43,002 nt of DNA from a virus (Duplodnaviria > Heunggongvirae > Uroviricota > Caudoviricetes). Positions 27,904 through 36,788 of this stretch are shown here, in pieces; within the stretch, counting starts at the first letter, position 1; the number at the start of each line of letters is the position of its first letter. Under the pieces are notes generated by a model that searched no databases, was not told where the DNA came from, and saw only the letters and a list, made by a program, of their open reading frames with translations. The position numbers were made by a program, and so were the translations under genes. Location: the IMG/VR virus record IMGVR_UViG_2740892012_000013, positions 1-43,002 of that record. One strand, given 5' to 3'.

Positions 27904-29379
27904 TTAAGCATACGGGTCATAATCTGTGATGGCCTTGCCTTGCTGGTTCTGCTGCCAGGGAAGTCGCAGGCGCTTCGACACCGGGAAAGCAAACGTCAGC
28001 AGCAGCGCATCGCCTTTACCCGGCGAACGCCCAAGTCGCTCTTTGATATCTTCCTTCGGTTCGATAACGATTTTACCGTCCACTCGAACTTTGTACTCTG
28101 CCGCCGACAGGTCGTCTGCAGTTTCCTGGTCATCCAGCATGCCGCCCAGCCTCAGCCATGTCTTACATGAGTTGAACATCTCCCCACGCTTGTTGAGCAT
28201 CTGCGGGTCAGTAGACGCGCCACCGAACGGAACAAGTTGCCATGTACGACCCCAGCCGTCACCGATTGACTTCAGACCAGTTCCGTAACCGAAGTCGATG
28301 AACACTGCGTCAGCCTGGTACTGGTCTTCAAAGTCAGCGATACGCTTCGCCATAATCAGATCGTCAGTGGTCTTGTTGCCAGTCCACAGCACCTTACTGT
28401 GCAGCCCCTGCCGCAGGTATATCACAGCGTCATCAACGCCTGAGTATGCCGGGTCAACGCCGATTATCACCGGAGCATGTGCAACCTGCGCAGCGGTGAC
28501 CACCCGTTTCATTGCCTCGTCAGTAAGTCCGGTAGGGATAAACTGCAATTCAGATGCATCCGGGAATATGCCGCGCACACGGATTTTAACGAAGTCGCTG
28601 TCTTCCCCGTAGTCATCAACCCATTTCTGCAACTGCTGTTTGTTGGTGCCTTCCACCGTCCGGCTGTCAATCTGCGCAGTTTTCCAGCGGTGTTTATATT
28701 TGCGGAAACATTCGCGGAAACGTCCGGTATTACGCGTCGGGTTTCCGAACGCCACCCAGATAATCTCAGTGTCTTCGTCCGTTAGCGCACCCTCGGCAAC
28801 TTCCCACACCAGATCCGCAATGTTCGACGCTTCATCGAATACCACGATGATGCGTTTGCGCTCGTTGTGTAGTCCGGCGAATGCCTCAGTGTTGTGCTCA
28901 GACCAGGGTATTGCGTCAGCTCGCCACCGCTTGTCGTGTCCAGGATCATTGCTGTACATCGCGGTAGCGGTACAGGTAAACCAGTCTTTCGTGATAGCAA
29001 GGTTCGACCACTTGATAATTTCCGGCCAGGTCTTCGTTCGTAGCTGGTTGTCGGTGTTGGCGGTCACCACAACCTTACAATCCTCGCAAGTGGACATGCC
29101 CCAGTTGATCAGCATTGAGATGAATGCGGATTTACCAATACCGTGACCCGAAGCGCGTGCCAGCATAAGCGGCTGATAGCGCGTCTCTGGATTCTGCAGG
29201 TGATCACGTATCTCTCGGAACGCATCAGCCTGCCACTGACGTGGACCGGTGGCATGTGCCAGTTCAGTCCCATCTTCCCCCCACGGGAACGCATAGAGGG
29301 CATAGCCAAGCGGATCGTGAGTGAACCCTGCAATATCCTCGATTAACTGCTCTTCAGGAGATAACGCTGTATCTGTCAC
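27904..29379 (-). CDS. Terminase large subunit
   Basis: 491 aa; GTG start overlapping TerS stop (GTGA); ATPase-like Walker A region (...ARASGHGIGKSAF...) and C-terminal nuclease-sized domain. Confidence 0.85.
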   Translation of the reverse strand: MTDTALSPEEQLIEDIAGFTHDPLGYALYAFPWGEDGTELAHATGPRQWQADAFREIRDHLQNPETRYQPLMLARASGHGIGKSAFISMLINWGMSTCEDCKVVVTANTDNQLRTKTWPEIIKWSNLAITKDWFTCTATAMYSNDPGHDKRWRADAIPWSEHNTEAFAGLHNERKRIIVVFDEASNIADLVWEVAEGALTDEDTEIIWVAFGNPTRNTGRFRECFRKYKHRWKTAQIDSRTVEGTNKQQLQKWVDDYGEDSDFVKIRVRGIFPDASELQFIPTGLTDEAMKRVVTAAQVAHAPVIIGVDPAYSGVDDAVIYLRQGLHSKVLWTGNKTTDDLIMAKRIADFEDQYQADAVFIDFGYGTGLKSIGDGWGRTWQLVPFGGASTDPQMLNKRGEMFNSCKTWLRLGGMLDDQETADDLSAAEYKVRVDGKIVIEPKEDIKERLGRSPGKGDALLLTFAFPVSKRLRLPWQQNQQGKAITDYDPYA

Positions 29380-30008
29380 TGATTACCATCCTGACGTTCT
29401 TTGAGTCGCTTCCTGGCTGCTGCTATGCGATCAGCAATTGTCACATTCACATTAACATCCAGACGTTCTTTGAATGCGTTGACATCAACATGCTTACCAA
29501 TCAGCTCAAGGTTCTTCACCTTGTCAGGCCATTTCACCTTCTTCAGGATATGCTCGACATCCTCAACAGAGAGATCCGCCTCGCCATTCTCTTTTTGCAG
29601 GGAAGCCTGGGTTGTCTTGATGGTAGCGATATCCATAGCACTGAGAGAGGTACGCCAGACCTTCGGCCATTCAGCGATCGGCTTCATCCCGCCGTCATCG
29701 TTCAGTATATCCAGCACGTCCATCTGGTCGATCTCCACCAGGCGCATGAGAACGTAATCAGCACTGACGCGCATTCGTTTGTTGCGCTCCTCCATCAACT
29801 CGGCAATCCGTTTTTGAATGCGTTCATCGCGCATCATGACACTTGCTTTAACTGCCGCTGTATTTGGGGAGAATCCTGCGTTAATCGCTGCCTGAGTCTG
29901 GTTTTCAGGCGTTTTGATGTATGACTGGCAATAAGCCTCCTGCATTGCTGTTAGTGGCTTAAATTGCGTTGATTTACGTTTATAGGTTTTAGGTTCAGCA
30001 GGCATCAT
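29376..30008 (-). CDS. Terminase small subunit
   Basis: From ATG at 30008 (SD GGTGG): ...KPLTAMQEAYCQSYIKTPENQTQAAINAGFSPNTAAVKA... matches TerS HTH-like motif; directly upstream of TerL. Confidence 0.7.
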   Translation of the reverse strand: MMPAEPKTYKRKSTQFKPLTAMQEAYCQSYIKTPENQTQAAINAGFSPNTAAVKASVMMRDERIQKRIAELMEERNKRMRVSADYVLMRLVEIDQMDVLDILNDDGGMKPIAEWPKVWRTSLSAMDIATIKTTQASLQKENGEADLSVEDVEHILKKVKWPDKVKNLELIGKHVDVNAFKERLDVNVNVTIADRIAAARKRLKERQDGNQ

Positions 30009-30015
30009 AACCACC

Positions 30016-30047
30016 GTGGTAATAGTTACCGTTGTGGTAATAGTACC
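30016..30047. repeat. Tandem direct repeat GTGGTAATAGT(T)ACC x2 just upstream of TerS start
   Basis: Copies at 30016-30030 and 30034-30047; each contains GGTAAT...ACC (operator half-sites in inverted order). Confidence 0.5.
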
Positions 30048-30050
30048 ATG

Positions 30051-30077
30051 CAAAATAAAGCCGCCATAGTTGGCGGC
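30051..30077 (-). terminator. Intrinsic terminator between nin-like block and TerS (minus strand)
   Basis: On the minus strand GCCGCC-AACTAT-GGCGGC followed by TTTATTTTG. Confidence 0.55.
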
Positions 30078-30082
30078 AGTAT

Positions 30083-30295
30083 TCAAAGTCCATCAAATTC
30101 ATCGTAAAAACTCTCGTCAAGATACCATTCCCATTTACCGCGAATGAAAATTACATCCTCGCCGCAAGGGTGCTGACTGTCGATAACTATATCCCTCCTG
30201 GCGCAACCATACTTATTCATGAGAAATTTAACCTCTTTCGGAAAATTTGCTGAGTTATCTCTCATATCTTCAAGGTCGTAGCGTATTTTTGGCAT
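30083..30295 (-). CDS. Hypothetical small protein
   Basis: ATG at 30295 with SD AAGGTG; 70 aa. Confidence 0.45.
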   Translation of the reverse strand: MPKIRYDLEDMRDNSANFPKEVKFLMNKYGCARRDIVIDSQHPCGEDVIFIRGKWEWYLDESFYDEFDGL

Positions 30296-30312
30296 AACAC
30301 CTTCGTGACATG

Positions 30313-30651
30313 TCACACTATTAATTTCGTTTCATGCCAGCCTTTGGTCACCCAGCATTGCGAGTCACCATTACACGGGCATGAATTAACTGGAACTCTC
30401 TCGCCGCACTTACCGCAACGTTTTCTGCTGATCGATTTTATACGCCCGCGCACGCGTGCATCATCCTGGCGGATCAGTAACGCTATATACTCACCAAATT
30501 CGTAAGGCGCACGCCCGGGGCGACGCGTGGCACAGTTACGCTCCAGCATTTCAATTTCCTGAGCATCAAGCACAATTTCCAGCTTACGCACACCAGATGC
30601 AGCTTGTCTGGCTCTCTGAGCGGCTTTGCGCTCTGCTGCTGATTTAGCCAT
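30313..30651 (-). CDS. Hypothetical protein with C-terminal Cys cluster (possible zinc-binding regulator)
   Basis: ATG at 30651; Arg/Ala-rich N-terminus and C-terminal RKRCGKCGERVPVNSCPCNGDSQCW. Confidence 0.45.
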   Translation of the reverse strand: MAKSAAERKAAQRARQAASGVRKLEIVLDAQEIEMLERNCATRRPGRAPYEFGEYIALLIRQDDARVRGRIKSISRKRCGKCGERVPVNSCPCNGDSQCWVTKGWHETKLIV

Positions 30652-30686
30652 CAATATTTACCTTTATCGCGAACACATTTACCGGT

Positions 30687-30929
30687 TTATCTCCTTTGCA
30701 TAGCACGTAATTTTTTCAGATGGTTCTCCTGTTCTGTTTCAGCCAGGATCTGGTGATATTCTCTGTGATCAATGTGTTCGAATAAATTATTGAATTTTCT
30801 GATGCACACTCTTCCAGGATAGCCATCCATCCTCTTGAAGAATACTGAGTGATCAGTACTACGAATGATTTTTACTGGATAGCCAGCGCTATCGGTGTAT
30901 ATCTGACCACGTTGAATCAGAGAGAACAT
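30687..30929 (-). CDS. DUF4222-like small phage protein
   Basis: 80 aa with ...FFKRMDGYPGRVCIRKFNNLF..., resembling DUF4222 prophage proteins from memory. Confidence 0.4.
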   Translation of the reverse strand: MFSLIQRGQIYTDSAGYPVKIIRSTDHSVFFKRMDGYPGRVCIRKFNNLFEHIDHREYHQILAETEQENHLKKLRAMQRR

Positions 30930-30995
30930 TCGTTTATCCCCAGATAAAAATATAGCAATACCAATTACATAAAATACTTCAGGCCAAGCATCATT

Positions 30996-31778
30996 TCACC
31001 CCTGCGGCGGTTCTGGTAGAGGCATCCAATTGATTACATCGCATTTAGGGATGCTGATATCATCACCAAGCCACCCTTGACCTTCAGACCAGCATTGCAC
31101 GTAATACCCGTATTCTGTGTTCACTACGCACCACTGCGCGTCGTTCGGCATTCGATCACTACAGCTTATCCAACCATCCGGAGTTACCGGAAGCGAGAAC
31201 GGCAGCACATCTCTGTGAACAAGTTTTTGCTGTGACAGGTTATCCAGAACTTTCTGTACTGCTGCATCACCGAATACACCAAGCGCATCTGCCATAACTC
31301 CTACAACCTGATAAGCCTCAGCGCATACCGTGGATAAACCATCCGGAATTACCGGATAGTTGGTTGACGTTTCCGCGATTTCCCGAAAATTATTGGTTGA
31401 CGAATTCTTATTTTCCCGAAAGTTTCCGGACTGAAGCATGGCGGCGCGGCAGGCGTTCCAGCCATCTGCGTAACAATCTCTGTGTGTCTTGAAATATGTC
31501 ACCGCCCTTGGTACATCGTTTACGTCTATTTCATCCGGCACAACCGGCGCAGGTGAGTCAGCATAAACAGGAATAACGTCCGGTTGCTCTTTATTGCTTT
31601 CATCCGTTAAAGCCCAGAATAATTTCCCGGCCGGATGTTTGAAAATATAAGCAACTGGTTCTGCTTCCAGTGATGCCAGCGCAATCCGTGCCAGTTCCAT
31701 TTGTTCACCACGGGTAAGCCCGTTTTCAAGCGGATTTTTAATGAACAATTCAATACGTTCTTTGGTAATAGTGGTCAT
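30996..31778 (-). CDS. DUF551-domain phage protein
   Basis: SD AAGGAG; C-terminal ...WISCSDRMPNDAQWCVV...VQCWSEGQGW...VINWMPLPEPP typical of DUF551. Confidence 0.55.
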   Translation of the reverse strand: MTTITKERIELFIKNPLENGLTRGEQMELARIALASLEAEPVAYIFKHPAGKLFWALTDESNKEQPDVIPVYADSPAPVVPDEIDVNDVPRAVTYFKTHRDCYADGWNACRAAMLQSGNFRENKNSSTNNFREIAETSTNYPVIPDGLSTVCAEAYQVVGVMADALGVFGDAAVQKVLDNLSQQKLVHRDVLPFSLPVTPDGWISCSDRMPNDAQWCVVNTEYGYYVQCWSEGQGWLGDDISIPKCDVINWMPLPEPPQG

Positions 31779-31788
31779 GTGTTACTCC

Positions 31789-32052
31789 TTAACCCGCAGT
31801 GCTTTCAACTGATGAGGGGAACAAAATCCTTTCATCAAATCCGGCATTCATATCATGGACAGCAACACACCAATCCATCGACGAACGATTATCAAGAGCC
31901 TCCATGATTTCATCCATGCGGCGCAGGTCATACAGGTAAATGCTTTTATCGCCAATGGTGTAAAAACCAATTTTTTTCGGTGATGGGCAGCGATCAAGAA
32001 CGTCCTGTAATTCGTTCAACCATGCCCGTTCTTTTTTTGTTAAAGTTGCCAT
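31789..32052 (-). CDS. Hypothetical small phage protein
   Basis: ATG at 32052 with SD AAGGAG (MATLTKKERAWL...). Confidence 0.5.
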   Translation of the reverse strand: MATLTKKERAWLNELQDVLDRCPSPKKIGFYTIGDKSIYLYDLRRMDEIMEALDNRSSMDWCVAVHDMNAGFDERILFPSSVESTAG

Positions 32053-32053
32053 A

Positions 32054-32647
32054 TCACTCTCCTTTGATGCGAATGCCAGCGGCGCGGGAATCATTCCATC
32101 GCTTTACTTCTTCACGAATTACGTCAATGCATTCTTTCGAATCCATTAGGTAATCTTCATCAAAAAGACGTTCCTGTTCGTTTTCTATCGCAACAATGAT
32201 TGCTTCAACTAACTTTTGTGCCTGAGAATCACTTTCTAACTCTGCTATGCGCTTACTTCCATCCGAGATAACGCCCTCGTAATACTCACGCTGCTCGTTG
32301 AGTTTTGATTTTGCCAACTCCAGTTGTTTTGTTAGTTCCGCAATACGGCAAACATCGTTGATACGCGTTTCCTCTAATGCGTTGATCTCATCCAACAATG
32401 CCAGCGCAACATTTGGATTAAAAGCAGCAATAAATTCAGCGTTTGCATAAGCCTGAACATCTGTTTCAACCAGGCAGTTAACATGACATTCTGCAATCAC
32501 GCCACCGGGTTCTCCTTTCCATTTTTGGCAAACAAAAACTCCTGTTAAATTGCCGTGCTGGTTAACAGATGTATGCCCTACGATGTAGCTCCCTTTCGTT
32601 GCCTTTTCTGCCGCATCACGCAGTGCCTGATAATTAATTTCGCTCAC
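32054..32647 (-). CDS. Ead/Ea22-like protein
   Basis: GTG start with SD GGAGGA; N-terminus SEINYQALRDAAEKATKG and central coiled coil typical of Ead/Ea22-like prophage proteins. Confidence 0.55.
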   Translation of the reverse strand: MSEINYQALRDAAEKATKGSYIVGHTSVNQHGNLTGVFVCQKWKGEPGGVIAECHVNCLVETDVQAYANAEFIAAFNPNVALALLDEINALEETRINDVCRIAELTKQLELAKSKLNEQREYYEGVISDGSKRIAELESDSQAQKLVEAIIVAIENEQERLFDEDYLMDSKECIDVIREEVKRWNDSRAAGIRIKGE

Positions 32648-32868
32648 TCTTCATCCTCCAAGTCGGCAACGGCGTCCATCACATCAGAACCGCGAATAAC
32701 CTCAAAAGCACGGCAGGCCATTTGAAATACCAGTTGCTCTTGCGGGTGAGGAGACTCCCAATATTTGAAGCCTGGGCGATGCGTGTACCCCATCATTGAA
32801 TAAAAATCACCAGCAAGCTTAATCGCGGCATCGACAAGCTCTCTGTTAGTCATTCTTTTTCCGCTCAC
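32644..32868 (-). CDS. Hypothetical small phage protein
   Basis: GTG start with SD AAGGAGG; translationally coupled to neighbours. Confidence 0.45.
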   Translation of the reverse strand: MSGKRMTNRELVDAAIKLAGDFYSMMGYTHRPGFKYWESPHPQEQLVFQMACRAFEVIRGSDVMDAVADLEDEE

Positions 32869-33302
32869 TGGTTGCCTCCTTTGCGAAGCTGGGCGGCTAA
32901 CTCATCACATATGTGCGTCAAAGAACAAAGTTTGATTGATGGATGTTCGCGCATCATCTCTACCCCCTGCGCCCGCACTTCAGACAGGAAAGCATCGGTG
33001 GCTGGCATATTTCCTGTTGCCTTCATTGCCTCCAAAATAACCAGAACGCCATCTCGCCCAATCTCCTCGCAGATAACCTCGGTGCTGTCGCCAACAACAT
33101 CGCAAAATGCCTGAACTGCTTTACGAGCCAGCGCATTCTCCGCAGCCAGCGCATTAGCACGCACCAGTTGCACTTCCAGCTGCGTTGCCAAATCGCTGAT
33201 CAGCTTTGCCACACTGCGCATATCAACGGCACCACATTCTGCTTTCAGTTCCGAAGCCATCTCATGCCCGGCGGAAACTAACCCTTTGATATTACTTTCC
33301 AT
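32865..33302 (-). CDS. Hypothetical phage protein
   Basis: SD GAGGG before ATG at 33302; 145 aa helical protein. Confidence 0.5.
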   Translation of the reverse strand: MESNIKGLVSAGHEMASELKAECGAVDMRSVAKLISDLATQLEVQLVRANALAAENALARKAVQAFCDVVGDSTEVICEEIGRDGVLVILEAMKATGNMPATDAFLSEVRAQGVEMMREHPSIKLCSLTHICDELAAQLRKGGNQ

Positions 33303-33363
33303 CTTTACCCTCGCTTATCCACATAACTTATTGATTACATTGATAACTAAAAAGATCGTCGAT

Positions 33364-33972
33364 TCATGCCGATCTATTTTTCATCAGTGATTCATAAAAC
33401 TTTTGCCACTTATGCCGACCGAAATTAGCCTTCGAGTTACAGCTCGAACAAAGGCAAATAAGGTTCTCCTGACGACAATCTTGCTTGTCGTAATTGATGT
33501 GATGAGTTGTTAGCCTTTTGTCTGTTCCATCACAACCTGGGTTCTGACAAGTAAAACCATCTCGCTCAATAACCCTCTTGCTCGTTTCTCGGAAATCCCA
33601 CGGATACGGCAATCTCGATAATCCACCAGACCAGTTTGGATTTCCTTCCCCCTTCATCAGAGAAGAACGCATTATGTTGGAACACTGTTTCGAGCAGCAT
33701 TTATGACGCTTCTCATGACTCAAGAAAACGGAGAACGAAGATCCGCATACGCAGCATATTTTTAATACTCGCTTTAGTTCCCGATTTACCGTCTTGCCTC
33801 GCTGTGAAATTCCTACACACTGAAGTGAGCAGAACCTTGAAGATGAGTTGGCTCGCTTAACCTGATATTGCCTGCCACATACGGAGCAAACCTTTTCGAT
33901 TTTCCCACCCTTCCAATTCGGGTTTTTATCACCGGATACAATCAATCCCGCAGCATTGGGCTTCTCGCTCAT
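33364..33972 (-). CDS. HNH endonuclease
   Basis: Multiple CxxC pairs and ...TTHHINYDKQDCRQENLICLCSSCN... HNH motif. Confidence 0.7.
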   Translation of the reverse strand: MSEKPNAAGLIVSGDKNPNWKGGKIEKVCSVCGRQYQVKRANSSSRFCSLQCVGISQRGKTVNRELKRVLKICCVCGSSFSVFLSHEKRHKCCSKQCSNIMRSSLMKGEGNPNWSGGLSRLPYPWDFRETSKRVIERDGFTCQNPGCDGTDKRLTTHHINYDKQDCRQENLICLCSSCNSKANFGRHKWQKFYESLMKNRSA

Positions 33973-34322
33973 AGTTCCTCAACCTCCCATCCACCACCGA
34001 GCTTTTTAGGTTTTGGATAAGCAACCTGAAAGACAAACGGATAGCTGTCTGCCGCAACCTTCATCTTGACTCTCGCATCGTCAGTAAAGACTGACTTACT
34101 TCCCTTAACGTCCACCATCACCAACTGCCCGTCAGCCAACATCACGGCAAAATCTACAGTCAGGAAGCAGTTGTCAGCTAACCGTAGCTTGATACCCTCG
34201 AATCGATACCAGGCGATTTCCCCTGCACGTTTACGAAGCTCAAGGTGCTGGCAATACGCAGATTCTGTTTTGTTCATCTGGCCTGTTTTGAGTCGACCAA
34301 GAGCCTGTATCTGTTTTCTCAT
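33969..34322 (-). CDS. DUF1064-like protein (nuclease-like fold suspected)
   Basis: 117 aa; ...ESAYCQHLELRKRAGEIAWYRFEGIKLRL...FTVDFAVMLADGQLVMVDVKG resembles DUF1064 proteins from memory. Confidence 0.5.
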   Translation of the reverse strand: MRKQIQALGRLKTGQMNKTESAYCQHLELRKRAGEIAWYRFEGIKLRLADNCFLTVDFAVMLADGQLVMVDVKGSKSVFTDDARVKMKVAADSYPFVFQVAYPKPKKLGGGWEVEEL

Positions 34323-34324
34323 GA

Positions 34325-34403
34325 TTTACCCCTGAGGTAATTAAAAACCACATAAGACACGAAATCAATAGATTTTAGAATATTTTATTACCTAACAGGT
34401 AAT
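34325..34403. promoter_or_regulatory. Two operator-like palindromes upstream of the DUF1064-like gene (34325-34341 imperfect; 34387-34403 perfect ATTACCTAACAGGTAAT)
   Basis: Motif copies in the P / nin-like intergenic gap. Confidence 0.55.
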
Positions 34404-34439
34404 TGTCGAGGCGTAAAAAAATGCGCTATCGCGCTGGTA

Positions 34440-35240
34440 TTACTTGATAAATCCTGCCGCCTTTCCCCGCCTGTATTCCTCCATCAGCCACTGCGCCGGT
34501 GTTATTCCCCCCAGGGTAGCGGCGTTAGGCATACACCCGAAACTTCGCCCTGGTGGATGGTAAACGTCTCTCCCTGTGTCCGGAGGCGTACTCATGGGTT
34601 CTGGCTTTGCCTGTATGCTGATCACCGGATCGGGTATCTGCTGTCCGGAAGCCACCTTTTTCGCCCAATCATCAAGCAGCCTGCGCGCGTGTTTCTCAAC
34701 CTCAATCTCGCTAAGCTGGCGCTGATACATTGCACGGCGGGTATCACATACGACCCAGTACATAACCGGATGCCGCCACGGGAATCTTTCGGGACCACCA
34801 GGATATAAACTTTTTTCCTTGCTGTACCGGTGAAACTCCGCCATCACATCGTCAATGGTGACGCCAAGAACCATCTTGCTGTCTTTACACCACTTGATAA
34901 ATTGCCCTGGCGACGGCCAGAACGGAGATTCACTGGCGCGGGCGTGGCGCATACCAGCAGAAACCTGTTCACGGGTTCGGATCCCCCCTTCGGCAAACGC
35001 AGCAATCCACTGCTGTTTTGCAGCAACTTCCTGCTCTGGCGTCTTCAGGTTGGTTACCACTGCCGCCGGAAACAGTTGTTTCAGCTGTTTAAAAAGGGCA
35101 TCAACAAGCCTCTCTGCTGACATGTTCACCACATTGTCATTGTTGACGTACTGATGCTCATAACCTGACATGCGAGAAAGGGCTTCTCCGTCACGGTTTT
35201 GTATCGCGGTAAAAACGTTGTTCACAAGAAATCCTCCCAT
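34440..35240 (-). CDS. Replication protein P-like (DnaB helicase loader)
   Basis: ...FPAAVVTNLKTPEQEVAAKQQWIAAFAEGGIRTREQVSAGMRHARASESPFWPSPGQFIKWC aligns with lambda P (...FPASLANRDQNEVNEIRRQWVLAFRENGITTMEQVNAGMRVARRQNRPFLPSPGQFVAWC, from memory). Confidence 0.8.
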   Translation of the reverse strand: MGGFLVNNVFTAIQNRDGEALSRMSGYEHQYVNNDNVVNMSAERLVDALFKQLKQLFPAAVVTNLKTPEQEVAAKQQWIAAFAEGGIRTREQVSAGMRHARASESPFWPSPGQFIKWCKDSKMVLGVTIDDVMAEFHRYSKEKSLYPGGPERFPWRHPVMYWVVCDTRRAMYQRQLSEIEVEKHARRLLDDWAKKVASGQQIPDPVISIQAKPEPMSTPPDTGRDVYHPPGRSFGCMPNAATLGGITPAQWLMEEYRRGKAAGFIK

Positions 35241-36037
35241 GCTTCAGGGCTGTTCCAGTGCGGAACGTTGTTATCAGGTAATGTTGATTGCTTCTGTCTG
35301 CTAATCTGCAGCCGCCTTGCCAGCTTCTGCTCCCACTGTGCCTGATGGTATGCCTTACCCTCAGCCATCCAGTAAATTCTGAACTCTGCAAGTTCCTGTG
35401 CCGTTGGCAGACTGTCCAGGTAGATCCCCTGCAATGAGCTTTTCCGAAGAAAGTCATCTGATGGCTGCCATTGTTCATGCATGACAAATTTGCCTAATTG
35501 CCCTGGCCCACCAGGAGGAACAAAGTTATTCATCACGGCGTTGTTTGCTCCGGGGTCATGAGGCACAGAATCCCCGCTTTTTGTCCTGCTCTCCCTCTCT
35601 TGGTTAAATGACTGGTTATATGACTGGTTCTGGATCCCGTTTTTGGGATCATTCAACATCCCGTTTTTGGGATCATTCAACATCCCGTTTTTGGGTATAT
35701 TCCCGTTTTCGGGTATATTCCCGTTTTCGGGTTCATTGCCCCCCTCCCGGTTGCCTTTAATGTTCCCGTTTTTGGTTATATTAAGAGAGAAAACCCGCAC
35801 TCTTTTTGTCGCTCCCTTTCTCTCTCCGGTATCTGAAATAATCCCCATTTTCATGAGCGATATAAGCCCGGCCTGCACGGTTTTTTTATTCAGGCAAGTG
35901 TCTTTAACGAGGCGTTCTATGCTGGGGTAGCAGAGGTTATATTCATCGGCTCTGTCAGCCATCGAGAGCAGTATGAGCTTTAATGATGAGCTACCTGGAT
36001 CTGTCTCCCAAGCCCAATCTGTTGCATGTCTGCTCAT
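35222..36037 (-). CDS. Replication initiator, lambda O-like, with internal origin repeats
   Basis: SD GGAGAT; N-terminal HTH-like region; central peptide repeats (NGNIPENGNIPKNGMLNDPKNGMLNDPKNG) encoded by DNA iterons; followed by overlapping P-like gene. Confidence 0.7.
   Translation of the reverse strand: MSRHATDWAWETDPGSSSLKLILLSMADRADEYNLCYPSIERLVKDTCLNKKTVQAGLISLMKMGIISDTGERKGATKRVRVFSLNITKNGNIKGNREGGNEPENGNIPENGNIPKNGMLNDPKNGMLNDPKNGIQNQSYNQSFNQERESRTKSGDSVPHDPGANNAVMNNFVPPGGPGQLGKFVMHEQWQPSDDFLRKSSLQGIYLDSLPTAQELAEFRIYWMAEGKAYHQAQWEQKLARRLQISRQKQSTLPDNNVPHWNSPEAWEDFL
35636..35782. repeat. Iteron array (candidate phage replication origin) inside the O-like gene
   Basis: Six direct repeats with core CCCGTTTT(T/C)GG: two 24-bp copies (35636-35659, 35660-35683), three 18-21-bp copies (35684-35740), one more at 35765-35782. 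Confidence 0.7.
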
Positions 36038-36052
36038 GATTAATCTCCGCTA

Positions 36053-36253
36053 TCAGCTTGAATGTTGTGGGGAGGAATTAATCATGATCTGCTTAATCTC
36101 TGCCCTGATGCGACGGTTTGACTCCATGGTGCACTCAACACAGTGTCCGTTGTAAACCCAGCGTTCACTGTCATGTCCGTGCTTACATGGTTTTCCGGTG
36201 TAGTAGCGTTTAAGTCCGCGCTTTGCGGCATCAATACGTGTAATGATTTCCAT
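36053..36253 (-). CDS. Small zinc-ribbon protein at the cII position
   Basis: ATG at 36253; 66 aa with KRYYTGKPCKHGHDSERWVYNGHCVEC (Cys/His cluster). Confidence 0.45.
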   Translation of the reverse strand: MEIITRIDAAKRGLKRYYTGKPCKHGHDSERWVYNGHCVECTMESNRRIRAEIKQIMINSSPQHSS

Positions 36254-36332
36254 GGTAAGCCCTGTTATTAGTATTGGGATTACGGTTATTTTGTGCTGAC
36301 ACAAAAAAAAGATCAACCAGATTTGGTTTTTT

Positions 36333-36349
36333 ATTACCTTTGAGGTACG
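36333..36349. promoter_or_regulatory. Operator-like palindrome ATTACCTTTGAGGTACG
   Basis: Left half perfect, right half 5/7; lies between a hairpin downstream of the Cro-like gene and the Zn-ribbon gene. Confidence 0.45.
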
Positions 36350-36403
36350 AATAGATATGAAAAGACCGCCGGATGGCGGTCTACAGAGGGTTGTTGCCAG
36401 ATA

Positions 36404-36634
36404 TCATGAGTAGAAGAAGTATGCCAGTTCCGCTTTTGAGCGCAGCCATTGTCTTGTTTTACATGCTTTAAAAAGCCCATTCATCAATACCTTACCTGGC
36501 ATTTTGCGCTTACCTGTTAAGTGAGTCTGGATATAGTGACTCGTCGTTCCGGCTTCCTGTGCGAAGGCTTCACGCTCATCCGGAGTAAGTGCAAGCCAGT
36601 GCTTTTTGAAATCGAAATGTCCGTTATCGCTCAT
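36404..36634 (-). CDS. Cro-like HTH DNA-binding protein
   Basis: 76 aa; HTH-like segment EAFAQEAGTTSHYIQTHLTGKR; first gene leftward from the divergent operator region. Confidence 0.5.
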   Translation of the reverse strand: MSDNGHFDFKKHWLALTPDEREAFAQEAGTTSHYIQTHLTGKRKMPGKVLMNGLFKACKTRQWLRSKAELAYFFYS

Positions 36635-36679
36635 AGCTATTGCCTGATATTTATTTCAGATAATAAATATTCACCCATA

Positions 36680-36734
36680 AGGTAACAAAAATCAAGGATA
36701 GTTACCTATGGGGTGCATTTACCTGTTGGGTAAT
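36680..36734. promoter_or_regulatory. Divergent immunity-region operators (clustered half-sites)
   Basis: AGGTAAC (36680-36686), GTTACCTATGGGGTGCA (36701-36717) and TTTACCTGTTGGGTAAT (36718-36734) in the 154-bp gap between Cro-like and repressor genes. Confidence 0.55.
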
Positions 36735-36788
36735 ATTGCTTTAAATTGAATCATCTACTGATTCATATATGAGGCGATTTTCCAGAAA

